A DNA stretch of 64,000 nucleotides, taken from the NCBI GenBank assembly GCA_041690135.1, contig JAWLHY010000004.1:64001-128000 (forward strand). Reading direction: 5' to 3'. The translations under genes and the position numbers were made by a program. Under the pieces are notes generated by a model. The model saw nothing but the letters and a program-made list of their open reading frames with translations, was not told where the DNA came from and searched no databases. The stretch comes from Armatimonadota bacterium. Lineage in GTDB: Bacteria; Armatimonadota; SYMT01. Below are positions 1 to 9,609 of this stretch, piece by piece. The number at the start of each line of letters is the position of its first letter. The first letter of the stretch is position 1.

Positions 1-1
1 G

Positions 2-586
2 ACCGCCCTGATCGAAAAGTTTCAGCCAGCGGAAATCGTGCTCACCGGAACGGCGGGAGCGCTGAAGGCGGCGCTTGCGCCGGGCGACCTGTTGGTTGCG
101 GAGCGGACTGCGTTCTTTGATATTGGCCTGCTGGGTCCGGACGGTCTCCAGCCCCAATCGCCCCTCGATTCCAGCGGGGACGAATTGCCGATGCACTTTA
201 CAGCCGACCGGCGGATGCTCGCCGCTGCCGCCGCCGTTGCCCGGGAACTCTCCGCAACGCGGAGCAAAGCGAGTGTCCCCAGGATTGTTCGCGGTCTCCT
301 CGTCTCCGGAGATTCCTTCATTGCGTCAACCCGTCACCGGGACGAGATCGCCGCCCGCACCGGCGGTGAAGCCGTGGACAGTGACGCCGCCGCTGTCGCC
401 CAAATATGCGCGCAAGAGCGCCTGCCACTCCTGATCGTCCGGGGAATCAGTCATCGTGCCGGTGAGCAAGCGGTAGAGGAACACCGCCGCAATCGCTCGG
501 TAGTGGCGGGAAACTGCGCGCGTTACGTGGCGGCCGTGCTCCAACGGCTGAAGGCGTCCCGCGTGACGTCGTCCCCCAATCGCTGA
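2..586 (+). CDS. MTA/SAH nucleosidase (MtnN)/purine phosphorylase-fold protein, 5'-truncated by window edge
   Basis: Frame open from base 2 (TALIEKFQPAEIVLTGTAGAL..GDLLV, SGDSFI, AAAVAQIC, IVRGIS). Catalytic motifs are divergent (see findings). Confidence 0.75.
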   Translation, partial: TALIEKFQPAEIVLTGTAGALKAALAPGDLLVAERTAFFDIGLLGPDGLQPQSPLDSSGDELPMHFTADRRMLAAAAAVARELSATRSKASVPRIVRGLLVSGDSFIASTRHRDEIAARTGGEAVDSDAAAVAQICAQERLPLLIVRGISHRAGEQAVEEHRRNRSVVAGNCARYVAAVLQRLKASRVTSSPNR

Positions 587-781
587 TAGAGTAAGTTACC
601 AATTAAGAAACAAGCACGTCTCCGCACCTCCCCGATCGCTGCCACGATCCGACGGGCGTGCTCAATAGAGACGTTCCCCGCCAGCAGCATCGACCAAAGG
701 TCCCATTGGGGACCGGCAGATTAGGGGCGCCCTCGCAATGCAGGCCCCTGATTGATTCGTCTGCCTGGAGATGGGTTCTTA

Positions 782-1828
782 ATGGCGGTAACCATTCGAG
801 ACGTGGCGAAGCTGGCAGGCACTTCCACCGCCGCGGTGTCGGCCGTCCTCAGCGGCAGCAGTCGGACCAACATACGGGTCAGCGAAGTCACCCGCGCCCG
901 GATCATTGCCGCCGCGCGCGAGTTGGGCTTTACGCCGAACCCCCTGGCGCGCGGGCTGGTAACGGGAAAAACTCGGGTCCTCGGGGCCGTATTCCCCTAC
1001 CTCAGCACGCTGATCTATCAGAACCCGTTCTGCATGAAAGTGCTTAGCGGGGTGACCGAGGAGCTCATTCGGCAGCGGTACAACCTGATGTTTCACACCG
1101 CGCTGGGGGACGATTGGACTCGGGCCGACCCCAATGCGCTGCTCGACCGCCGGGTAGACGGACTGCTCCTCTTCGCACCCCCGCTCGGGAGTCCGCTGAT
1201 CGAGCGCTGCCTGGAATCCCGCTTCCCCGCCGTGGCTATCGTGCATCCCGCCAACCCGCAGGGTTTGCCTTCGGTCAACGCGGAGGACTATACCGGCGGG
1301 AAACTGGCCGCGGAACACCTCCTCGCGCTGGGACACCGCCGGCTGGCCCACTTCACCGGCGACCCGCATGGGGCTGCCAGCGTCCCCCGACGCCTCGGCT
1401 TCACGGAGACTCTCGAGCAGGCGGGGGTGGCGATCCGTCCGGAATGGGTTATCGAGGCCGGCTTCGATTGGAAGGACGGCTATGCAGCCGCGGAACGCCT
1501 CTTCGCGCTCCCGCGGGACCAGAGGCCGACGGCGGTGTTTGCGGCGAATGATCTTTGCGCCAGTGGATTGCTCCGGTATGCCCGCGAGCACGGTATTCAG
1601 GTTCCGGAAGAAGTGGCGGTGGTCGGCTTCGACGATACCTGGTTCGCGGAACGGACCGACCCACCTCTCACCAGCATCCATGTTCCCCTGTACACCATGG
1701 GCATCCTGGCCGCCGATTTGCTGATAAGCCTCATCGAAGGCCGGGAGATCAAGCAACGCCACGCCACTCTGCCCGTTGCGCTCAAAGTACGTGCCTCAAC
1801 GGTGGGGGCCTCGGAACCAGTCTCGTAG
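782..1828 (+). CDS. LacI-family transcriptional regulator
   Basis: N-terminal TIRDVAKLAGTSTAAVSAVL HTH; sugar-binding domain with AVFAAND, VVGFDD, PPLTSI; GGAG upstream of ATG 782. Confidence 0.95.
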   Translation: MAVTIRDVAKLAGTSTAAVSAVLSGSSRTNIRVSEVTRARIIAAARELGFTPNPLARGLVTGKTRVLGAVFPYLSTLIYQNPFCMKVLSGVTEELIRQRYNLMFHTALGDDWTRADPNALLDRRVDGLLLFAPPLGSPLIERCLESRFPAVAIVHPANPQGLPSVNAEDYTGGKLAAEHLLALGHRRLAHFTGDPHGAASVPRRLGFTETLEQAGVAIRPEWVIEAGFDWKDGYAAAERLFALPRDQRPTAVFAANDLCASGLLRYAREHGIQVPEEVAVVGFDDTWFAERTDPPLTSIHVPLYTMGILAADLLISLIEGREIKQRHATLPVALKVRASTVGASEPVS

Positions 1829-1840
1829 GATCCGTACTCG

Positions 1841-2344
1841 ATGCGCACCCGATCCCGCGGTTTCACCCTGATAGAGCTGCTGGTGGTAATAGCGATCATT
1901 GCCGTTCTCGCCGCCCTCCTCTTTCCTGTATTCGCGCAGGCCCGAGAGAAAGCCCGGCAGACCGCCTGTCTCAGCAACCTGAAGCAGGTGGGAACCGCTC
2001 TCGCCCTGTACGTCCAGGACTTCGATGAGGTCTTCCCCAAAGCCGAATTCTGGGGAGGCGGCTCGTTCTCCGAGTACTACTCGTGGAGCAGCCGTCGCTG
2101 TCTCCAGCCCTACCTGAAGAACGTCGGCGTCTATCGCTGCCCCTCGGACACCTTCCCCACCCCGTTCGATGCCGGCTACTACGGTCTCTCGGCGGACCGC
2201 ACGCCCGCGCCTATCTCGTACATGGCCAACACCCCCTTCTATCCGATGTTCGGCGTGGATTCCCCACGGGGGCTTCTCACCTACGGCCCAGAGCACGGCG
2301 GTGTACCGGAAGCCACCTCCATGGCGGCCGTGGATCCAGCCTGA
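1841..2344 (+). pseudogene. Prepilin-type N-terminal cleavage/methylation (DUF1559-type) protein, apparently C-terminally truncated
   Basis: [34 protein letters not shown] and YRCPSD present. Stops at 167 aa without the usual C-terminal H-X9-DG motif. Confidence 0.7.
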
Positions 2345-2781
2345 TGCATGTGGCCGGCACCCTGGAACTCGCTACCACCGTGCAGAACGGCGTCGACCAG
2401 AACGCCTCCAAGGCGATGCAACGCATTACCCTGGAAGTGCGGGAAGCCAAGCGGGTGCAAATCCTCAGCGAGTACCGCTTCCGAGTCTTTTACCCCCTGG
2501 TCGTCAGTGGCGTGTACGACCGCTTCCAGGAGGACAGCGCCCGCTACGTCGAGTTCGTGCAGGGCGATGCGCGAGGCGCTCCGTCCGCGAACGGCAACCT
2601 CCTGTGGCGTAAGACCGATTCCGGCGAGGCTCGGATCCTCGCCCAGGACCTCGATCTTCTCAGCGTGTCGCAGACCTCTCCGCGCAGTATCACGCTCACC
2701 ATTGAAGTCCGGCGTCAGGCCGGGCGGCGCGCGGGGGTCACGCGGCTCACCAACCGCGTGCTGTACCTGCGGAACAGTTAG
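2344..2781 (+). pseudogene. PilW-like minor pilin remnant lacking its N-terminal prepilin signal
   Basis: QNASKAMQRITLEVREAK helix and terminal VLYLRN resemble PilW/GspJ-type pilins; no GFTLxE N-terminus; ATG overlaps the upstream TGA. Confidence 0.5.
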
Positions 2782-2798
2782 GGCAACGGAGCACCCGA

Positions 2799-3169
2799 AT
2801 GCAACTCACCGTCCATGCGATAGCCCGCCTCATGCCGACAACTCCCGGTCGTGCCGGCCCCGCGCCAACCGGAGACCCAAGCGGGGATCCGCGCTGGTTT
2901 CGGCCATGCTGGTCCTGCTCCTGATGACCATCGTGGGCATGGGCATGCCGGCCGCAACGACCCAATCGGTGTTCCTCGCCCGCCTCCAGAAGAACCGTTC
3001 GTACGCTTTCAACAGCGCGGAATCCGGAGCCGAGGCCGCCCTGCTGTACCTGGCCAACGAAGTGGCCGGGGGGAGTGAGACCTCCGCCCGGATGCTCCTC
3101 GCCGCTAAGGCCGGAAGGCTGAAGCGCCCCCCGTCTCCCGCGGGCCGTCCGGCCCCGGCTCCCCGTTAG
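2799..3169 (+). pseudogene. PilX-like N-terminal fragment
   Basis: KRGSALVSAMLVLLLMTIVGMG...AFNSAESGAEAAL is PilX_N-like. Nearby ATGs (2799, 2832) are out of frame and similarity ends near 3070. Confidence 0.55.
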
Positions 3170-3276
3170 ATCGCCGAAAGAGGGCTGGCCGCACCTGCGA
3201 CCCGCCCTCTCACACCGTTTTGCCTCGATCCCGCTTCCCCGGAAACCCCGAGGTGGGGACGGTGCTCGCACGCGAT

Positions 3277-3939
3277 CTACGCGGCCGGCGGGCAGAACCA
3301 CCCCCGCTGCAGCGCGAAGATGGCTGCCTGGGTACGGTCCCGCACGTTCAGCTTCTCAAAGATGCGGTGAAGGTGCGTCTTCACGGTCGTCTCATCGATG
3401 CAGAGCTCCCGGGCGATCTGCTTGTTGCTATAACCGCGCACGACCCATTCGAGCACATCCATCTCGCGGCGCGATAGTACATCGCACGGGGTGGGCGTGA
3501 TGCGCGCCCGGTTCTGCCGGAGTTGCCGGAACTCCGTAAGTAGCTTGCGCAGCAGGTTCGACGGCAGATAAGCGCCGCCGCGGGCCACTTCCCGCAGGGT
3601 GCCGATCAGCTCCTGATGACTGCAGTCCTTCATCAAGTAGGCACGGGCCCCGGAAGCAATCCCCTCAAAGATGAACTCATCTTCGTCGTGCATAGTTAGC
3701 AGCACGACCCCCACGTCGGGCCAACGCGAAGCGATCTGCTGGGAGGCCGCAATCCCCCCGATGCCCGGCATCCGCACATCCACGAGGGCTACATTGGGTT
3801 TCAGACGCTCCACCAGGTTGACGGCCTCTTCTCCATCCGAAGCGACCCCCACGACCTGCACGTCTTTCTCCAGGCTGAGGAGGCGGATGAGACCCTCTCG
3901 CACTAGCTGGTGGTCATCTGCCACTACAAGTCGGATCAC
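3277..3939 (-). CDS. NarL/FixJ-family response regulator (REC + LuxR HTH)
   Basis: VADDH, LVDVRMP, YLMKD; LSRREMDVL..GYSNKQIARELCIDETTVKTH. Confidence 0.95.
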   Translation of the reverse strand: MIRLVVADDHQLVREGLIRLLSLEKDVQVVGVASDGEEAVNLVERLKPNVALVDVRMPGIGGIAASQQIASRWPDVGVVLLTMHDEDEFIFEGIASGARAYLMKDCSHQELIGTLREVARGGAYLPSNLLRKLLTEFRQLRQNRARITPTPCDVLSRREMDVLEWVVRGYSNKQIARELCIDETTVKTHLHRIFEKLNVRDRTQAAIFALQRGWFCPPAA

Positions 3940-4066
3940 GACGCATTCCTTTCTCTATTCGGACACACGACCCCCAGGGTCGCGTGGATTGAGTTCCATC
4001 CTGTGCACCGGACCGGCGGAGAGGTGACACATTCTCTCGCCCGGAACCGGCTTCCACGCCACGTTC

Positions 4067-5281
4067 CTAATCCGTCACCGGCGCTGTCACCCGGATCACG
4101 GTGCCTTCGCCCGGATCCGTAACCACGCTCAGCTGCCCGCCTACCAACTCGACCCGATCCCGCAGCGAGCTCAGCCCCAGGTGTTGCCCTTCCCGTTGCC
4201 CGAACTCTTCGGGATCGAAGCCCTTTCCGTCGTCCCTGATCTCCAGTGCACAGGACCGCTCCCGGAGATCGAGGAGCACCCACGCATGGCGCGCTTCCGC
4301 GTGCTTCCACACGTTGGTAAGCGCTTCCTGGGTGATCCGGTAAAAGCAGGACTCCAATACGGAGGGCAACCTGCGCCGGAGCCCCTGGCGGACGACTTCG
4401 GTGCGAATTCCCGTTCGTTTTTCAAACTGTTCCGCGTAACTCCGCAGAGCGGAGTGCAACCCCATGTCATCAAGGACGGGAGGGCGAAGGTCCAACATGA
4501 GGCCCCGGGTTTCCTGGATGGCGCTGCGGATGATGCGCTCCAGTTCATCCATCACCGTCTGAAACGTGGCGCCGTCCGCCGGATCGACGGCGCGCGCCGT
4601 CTCCAGGTTTCGGAGCACCGCAAACATAGTTTGGGCAGGACCATCATGAATCTGGAGGGCGATCCGCTTGCGTTCTTCCTCCTGCGCGCACGTAACCTCA
4701 TCCAACAGGCGCTCCACGGTCCGGCGCTGACGCCGCATCTCCTCGTAGGAACGGGCATTCCGGATGGCGAGCGCCGCCTGGTGGCCGAATGCCGTCAGCA
4801 ACTCCAGGTCCGCTTCCGTGAAAGGCTGCTCTCCTTCCCGGTTGTTCACGCTTACCACGCCGAGGATCTGCTCCTCCGCCTGGAGTGGCACGCACATGGC
4901 GTCGCGCACGTCGCTGCGGCGGCAAACCCTCCGGAACCGAGGATCCGAAGTAGACCCATGAATCAGTAGAGGCTGCCCCGTGGAGGCCACCCATCCCGCC
5001 ACTCCCTGATCCAACTTTTGCGTGCGGCCCTGGATCCGGCGCGCGCGGGGGCCGAACGCCGCCACCACTTCGAGCTCGGCACCTCCCGGCTTGAGCAGCA
5101 TGATCGAGCCGCTCTCCGCCTCGAGAATACTCTTCGCCTGGCTCAAGATATGATCGAGGACCGCGTTCAACTCCAGGCTGGAATTGACCACCCGCGCCAC
5201 ATCCACCAGACAGCTCAGCCGCCGCGCGACCTGGGCCGAAATTTCGGTTCCGGCAACTACTGCGTCCGGAGTAGGGGCCAT
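4067..5281 (-). CDS. GAF-domain sensor histidine kinase (HisKA_3/NarX-DegS type)
   Basis: GAF domain; EERKRIALQIHDG H-box; QEALTNVWKHA, DDGKGF, GLSSLRDRV. ATG 5281 chosen (GTG 5296 possible). Confidence 0.93.
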   Translation of the reverse strand: MAPTPDAVVAGTEISAQVARRLSCLVDVARVVNSSLELNAVLDHILSQAKSILEAESGSIMLLKPGGAELEVVAAFGPRARRIQGRTQKLDQGVAGWVASTGQPLLIHGSTSDPRFRRVCRRSDVRDAMCVPLQAEEQILGVVSVNNREGEQPFTEADLELLTAFGHQAALAIRNARSYEEMRRQRRTVERLLDEVTCAQEEERKRIALQIHDGPAQTMFAVLRNLETARAVDPADGATFQTVMDELERIIRSAIQETRGLMLDLRPPVLDDMGLHSALRSYAEQFEKRTGIRTEVVRQGLRRRLPSVLESCFYRITQEALTNVWKHAEARHAWVLLDLRERSCALEIRDDGKGFDPEEFGQREGQHLGLSSLRDRVELVGGQLSVVTDPGEGTVIRVTAPVTD

Positions 5282-5701
5282 CGTGCTACAGTCCACCCGT
5301 CAGTTCCTTTCACTTCAGTAATTGTTGCGGGTGGTTCGCAATCCTGTAGGGTAACCCGTCGGGCGGTTGTGCCACGGGAACCGGAACGGTCTCATCCGTA
5401 CGATTTCAACGAATTGCCCAAACTTTCCGGGCTCGACCTCCGTCTAATCGGCGGCTCGCAGTCGGTTCGGCGCCCCTCCACCAAATCTCCGGCACGCTCT
5501 CCGCGAACGGGAGGAAGGAAATCGCCGAGCGGTCGCCGAACTTTCGGCGGAAGCGTTGCCCCCGAGCGCAGAATCGGTGCCCCGCGCCCCCAGCGCCTCA
5601 GGTGTCGCGCACACTCCACAGCCTTTAGAACATTAGCTTTCCTATTGCCCGCTCCCGGCCCGGGTCACCCCGAAACGCCCGGCCGGCCACGGAGGCAGCT
5701 C

Positions 5702-8170
5702 GTGATAGCCCGATTGACCCGTTTCCGCACGGCGGCGGTATCTCTAACACTTCTCGGCCTGGCAGCCCTGTCTGTTTCCGCTGAGCCGCCCATTTCCCTC
5801 GAGCGTGTCAGCGTCTCATCCTCCGAACTGGAAGATGAGAACCCCAGCTACGGCACCCTCGGCCTCAGTTCCGATGGCCGCTACGTGGCCTTCACCTCCA
5901 ACGCCGAGGCGTGGGTGCCGCAGTTCGCCCAGAATTTCCAGCCCGACATCTGGGTGCGGGACCGGAAGACGGGAATCACCGAACTGGTCAGCGTGGCGAC
6001 CTCCACTCTCAACGGTCGCGCCATCGGCAATGGGCGCAGCTACCTGCCCAGCATCAGCGATAACGGGCGGTTCGTCGCCTTCGTGTCCAATGCGACCAAC
6101 TTCGCCGGTGTTGGAATCACCGACGATAACAACGCGAGCGACATCTTTTACCGCGATCGGCGCGGGCGCACCACGCGCGTCAGCGTCGGTCCCGGCTCCG
6201 CGCAGGCCAACGGGGCCAGCACGAACCCGCACATCAGCGGCAACGGTGAGTTCGTGGCCTTCCAATCGGACGCCACCAACCTTGACGGCGCGGATCAAAA
6301 CGATTCGACGGACGTCTTCGTCCACCAGGTCGATACCAGCGGCTTCGGGTTTCTCGGGATCACCACCCGCGTGAGCGAGGATGAGTTCGGCGTCGAGGGC
6401 GATGGACCGAGTAGTTTCCCTTCGATCAGTGCCGACGGCCGGTTCGTAGCCTTCCAATCGCAGGCCACCAACCTGCATCCCGACGACACGGACCCGAATA
6501 CGGACATCTACGTTAAGGACATGACCACGGGGGCCATTACCCTGGTGAGCGTAGACGATGCCGGATTGCCGGGCGATGGGGAGAGCACTCTCCCGGCCAT
6601 CAGCGCGGACGGGCAGTTCGTCGCCTTCGTTTCTACTTCCACCAACCTGGTTCTGGACGATTTCAACGACGTCAGTGACGTGTTCGTCCGGGACCTGGTC
6701 AACGGCATCACCTTGCGGGTAAGCATCGACTCCGACGGCGTGGAATCCCCCGACCTTCCCAGCGGAGAGTACCTGACCGACCCGATCCTGGGCCGGCCCA
6801 CCCTCAGCGCCGACGGCAACCTGGTCGCCTTCATCTCCGACGCCGCCCTGGAGTTCGACGACTCCAACGACGCTCCGGATGTCTACATCCACAACGTGGC
6901 GGAAGCGCTCACGGAACGGTTGAGCATCTCCACGGACGGCTTCGAGAGCGACGGGGCGAGCCTGGCGCCCGTGATGACTCCGGACGGCAGTGTCGTGGCG
7001 TACCAGTCCGATGGGACTGCCCTGGTCGACGACGACTTCAACGACGTCACCGACGTCTTCGTGGCCACCATCGGGGAATCGAGCGTGCTCAACCTGCCCC
7101 CGGTGGCGGATGCCGGGTTCGACCAGGTGGTGACCGAGGGTGATGTCGTGACGCTCGACGCCTCCGGGAGCAGCGATCCGAACAACGATCCGCTCTCGTT
7201 CCTCTGGCGCCAGGTTGACGGACCGACGGTCACGCTGAGCAGCACGACCTCGCAGGTGCCGTCCTTCACGGCCCCCCTGGTGGATCAGTTCGAGGTCATC
7301 GAGTTCGAAGTGGTCGTCTCCGATGGGATCAACGAACCGGATTTCGCCTCGGTGTTTATCGAGGTAAGTGCGGCCCCCCCGGCAGTGCTGACCGGTTCCG
7401 TCCGGGACATCCACGGCAACGGGATCCAGGGGGCGCTGGTCACCGCGGTGCGGTCCGACGGCGTCTCCGCAATCCCCATCGAGACCGATGAAAACGGCAA
7501 CTACATCATGTTCGACCTGCGGGAGGGTCTGAACACAATCACGGCCAGCGCGCCCGGGTATGAGCCGGCCGTTCGGACTATCAACGCCCGCCGCCTGGAG
7601 ATCTACGTCGAACAGTTCGGCCTCCAGGCCGTGACCACCACTCTCCGTGGCGAAGTTCTCCAGCGCAATGGGCAGCCGGTGGGCGAGGCGGCAGTGGAGT
7701 TGCTCGACGTGAACGGCGATGTGCTGGACAGCACCACCACCGACGCCGATGGCACTTACCTTCTGGACAAGATCGACCGCTTTGCCCTGAGCGCGGCCAC
7801 CACCCTGCGTGTCAGCAAAGAAGGCTATATCGATTGGCTGGAGTCCACCGCGGGCATCAGCAGCGGAACGGAGAACGTACGGAATTTCCGGTACGGGGAT
7901 CTGGTGGTCCTGGTGGATACGAAGCCGGCGAAGCTGCGTAAGAACCTGGACGGGACGATGGTGCAGATCCTGATCGGCGACAAGGTGGTGGCCGACAACG
8001 AGGCCACGAAGAAGGTGCGCCGCCTGGTCTTCACCAACGTGCCGGCTACCACGGTGAAGATCCGTGCCGTCAACCCCAACCTGACCGCATCGCAGGTTCT
8101 CCAGCGAGTCGGCTCCGGCCCTCGCCAGACCAAGACGGTCATCAAGCTGCTCCGGAAGGGCGTCTTCTAG
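5702..8170 (+). CDS. Secreted TolB-like (PD40) beta-propeller protein with PKD-like and carboxypeptidase-regulatory-like domains
   Basis: GGAGG before GTG 5702; signal peptide; repeated ISADGRFVAF.S.ATNL..D.N...DVFV; PPVADAGFDQVV..VTLDASGSSDP; two G.V.D..G.PI.GA.V-type domains. Confidence 0.85.
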   Translation: MIARLTRFRTAAVSLTLLGLAALSVSAEPPISLERVSVSSSELEDENPSYGTLGLSSDGRYVAFTSNAEAWVPQFAQNFQPDIWVRDRKTGITELVSVATSTLNGRAIGNGRSYLPSISDNGRFVAFVSNATNFAGVGITDDNNASDIFYRDRRGRTTRVSVGPGSAQANGASTNPHISGNGEFVAFQSDATNLDGADQNDSTDVFVHQVDTSGFGFLGITTRVSEDEFGVEGDGPSSFPSISADGRFVAFQSQATNLHPDDTDPNTDIYVKDMTTGAITLVSVDDAGLPGDGESTLPAISADGQFVAFVSTSTNLVLDDFNDVSDVFVRDLVNGITLRVSIDSDGVESPDLPSGEYLTDPILGRPTLSADGNLVAFISDAALEFDDSNDAPDVYIHNVAEALTERLSISTDGFESDGASLAPVMTPDGSVVAYQSDGTALVDDDFNDVTDVFVATIGESSVLNLPPVADAGFDQVVTEGDVVTLDASGSSDPNNDPLSFLWRQVDGPTVTLSSTTSQVPSFTAPLVDQFEVIEFEVVVSDGINEPDFASVFIEVSAAPPAVLTGSVRDIHGNGIQGALVTAVRSDGVSAIPIETDENGNYIMFDLREGLNTITASAPGYEPAVRTINARRLEIYVEQFGLQAVTTTLRGEVLQRNGQPVGEAAVELLDVNGDVLDSTTTDADGTYLLDKIDRFALSAATTLRVSKEGYIDWLESTAGISSGTENVRNFRYGDLVVLVDTKPAKLRKNLDGTMVQILIGDKVVADNEATKKVRRLVFTNVPATTVKIRAVNPNLTASQVLQRVGSGPRQTKTVIKLLRKGVF

Positions 8171-8270
8171 AGAACAGCCGGACGAACCGGAAGGTTCGGA
8201 CGTAACCTGGATACAATACCGGCAGGTCGAGAGTGCTCGACCTGCCGTTTTCATTCCGGGAGGACCGAAG

Positions 8271-9458
8271 TTGGCACGCCCGCTGCGCACCGGAATCGGG
8301 TTGCTCCTTTCTCTGCTCGCCGCCTCTACCTCGCCGGTCCCCGGACAAGGTCGGGAGACCGGGCGCTGGCAGCCGGCGGGTTCACTTTCGGTGGGCCGCT
8401 ACGCACCGGCGGGCGTCCTCCTCCCCGATGGGCGCTGCCTCATCGCGGGCGGCTATAGCTTCGAGACGAACCGGACCCACCGCAGCTCCGAGCTCTTCGA
8501 TCCCGGACAGGACCCGGATAAGGCCTGGAACTCCGGCCCGGAGATGGCCCTGGATCGTAACTTCCCCGTTGCCGTGCCGCTACCCGGCGGCGGGGCACTC
8601 TTTTCCGCGGGATTCCGGGTCCGTACGGGCACCACGGCCAGCACCGAGCACCTGCAGCTAACGCCGCTGCGTTTCCGAACTGGCGAGCCCTTGCAGCAGG
8701 AGCGGGAGTTATTCAGTGTCACGCGTCTTCACGATGGCCGCTTCCTGCTCGCCGGTGGCTTCTCTACCCGTCGCGGCCGCACCCTCGACAGCGCGGAGAT
8801 CTTCGATCCCCTGAAGGGAAGCTTCGTCCTTACGGAAGGGCCGCTCCTCCACGCGCGCTTCGGCCACACCGGCGTGCTGCTTCCGGATGGCAAGGTCCTT
8901 ATCGTTGGGGGGAAAGTTCTCGGAACCAACGATGACGTGCTGCCCGCCGAACTGTACGATCCCGCGACCGGCCGCTTCACCGAAACCGGAAAGCTGCAGG
9001 TGGGCCGCGACCGCTGCACGGCATGGCCGGTCCAGATGGCCGTGGCGCCGGAGAAGGAGAAGCGCGACTTCGTGCTGATCGCCGGCGGCTCCGCGAAAGA
9101 GGGGGGCACCCTTCCCGCTCGACGCTGCGAGCTGTACGACCCGGTCGCCGGATCCTTCCGACCGGGACCGGAACTGCTGACCGACCGCATGGCCCACACC
9201 GCAACGCCCCTCGCCGGGAGTCGCGTGTTACTGGTGGGCGGCTGGTCCGGCTCCGAGAACCGCACGACCCCGCGCGCCGAGTTGTGGAGCCCCACGGAGC
9301 AGCGCTTCCTTCCGGCCGGAACTCTCCAGGTGGGGCGTCACGATCACGTCAGCATCCTTCTCAAAGGCGGACGGGTGCTCGTTGCCGGGGGCAAGGAAGC
9401 TCCGGCCCGAGCAGGCGTCGAAACCCCCACGCTCTGCGAGCTCTGGTCTCCCGAGTAA
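8271..9458 (+). CDS. Secreted Kelch-repeat (galactose oxidase-like propeller) protein
   Basis: Repeats R..HT..LL.DGRVL..GG....AELYDP; signal peptide; GGAGG before TTG. Confidence 0.88.
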   Translation: MARPLRTGIGLLLSLLAASTSPVPGQGRETGRWQPAGSLSVGRYAPAGVLLPDGRCLIAGGYSFETNRTHRSSELFDPGQDPDKAWNSGPEMALDRNFPVAVPLPGGGALFSAGFRVRTGTTASTEHLQLTPLRFRTGEPLQQERELFSVTRLHDGRFLLAGGFSTRRGRTLDSAEIFDPLKGSFVLTEGPLLHARFGHTGVLLPDGKVLIVGGKVLGTNDDVLPAELYDPATGRFTETGKLQVGRDRCTAWPVQMAVAPEKEKRDFVLIAGGSAKEGGTLPARRCELYDPVAGSFRPGPELLTDRMAHTATPLAGSRVLLVGGWSGSENRTTPRAELWSPTEQRFLPAGTLQVGRHDHVSILLKGGRVLVAGGKEAPARAGVETPTLCELWSPE

Positions 9459-9550
9459 CCGAACGCAGTTCTCGTGACGCAAGACCCCTCGGCATTGCCT
9501 GCAATGGGTGGCGGATACGGGACCCCGGCGTCCTTCGAGGAGAGCCCGAT

Positions 9551-9579
9551 TTGACCCCTGCCGGACCCCCTCATATAAT
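9551..9579 (+). promoter_or_regulatory. Sigma70-type promoter of hisD-ispE
   Basis: TTGACC (9551-9556), 17-nt spacer, TATAAT (9574-9579), 30 nt upstream of the hisD ATG. Confidence 0.75.
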
Positions 9580-9609
9580 GGGGCGGTTCACCCACAAGGC
9601 AGCAGGGCC

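Noticed and set aside
5018-5701. N-terminal extension of the 1050-aa ORF (likewise 49196-49675 for the hybrid kinase)
   Set aside because: Overlaps divergent genes and has no protein-like character; better starts lie downstream.
8183-8198. Gram-positive-type LexA box
   Set aside because: The spacer between CGAAC and GTTCG is 6 nt, not 4.
5816-8290. Long antisense ORFs (also 9571-10956, 38234-39712, 49476-50876, 51704-53050, 62502-63980)
   Set aside because: Shadow ORFs opposite well-supported genes; expected from high-GC codon bias.
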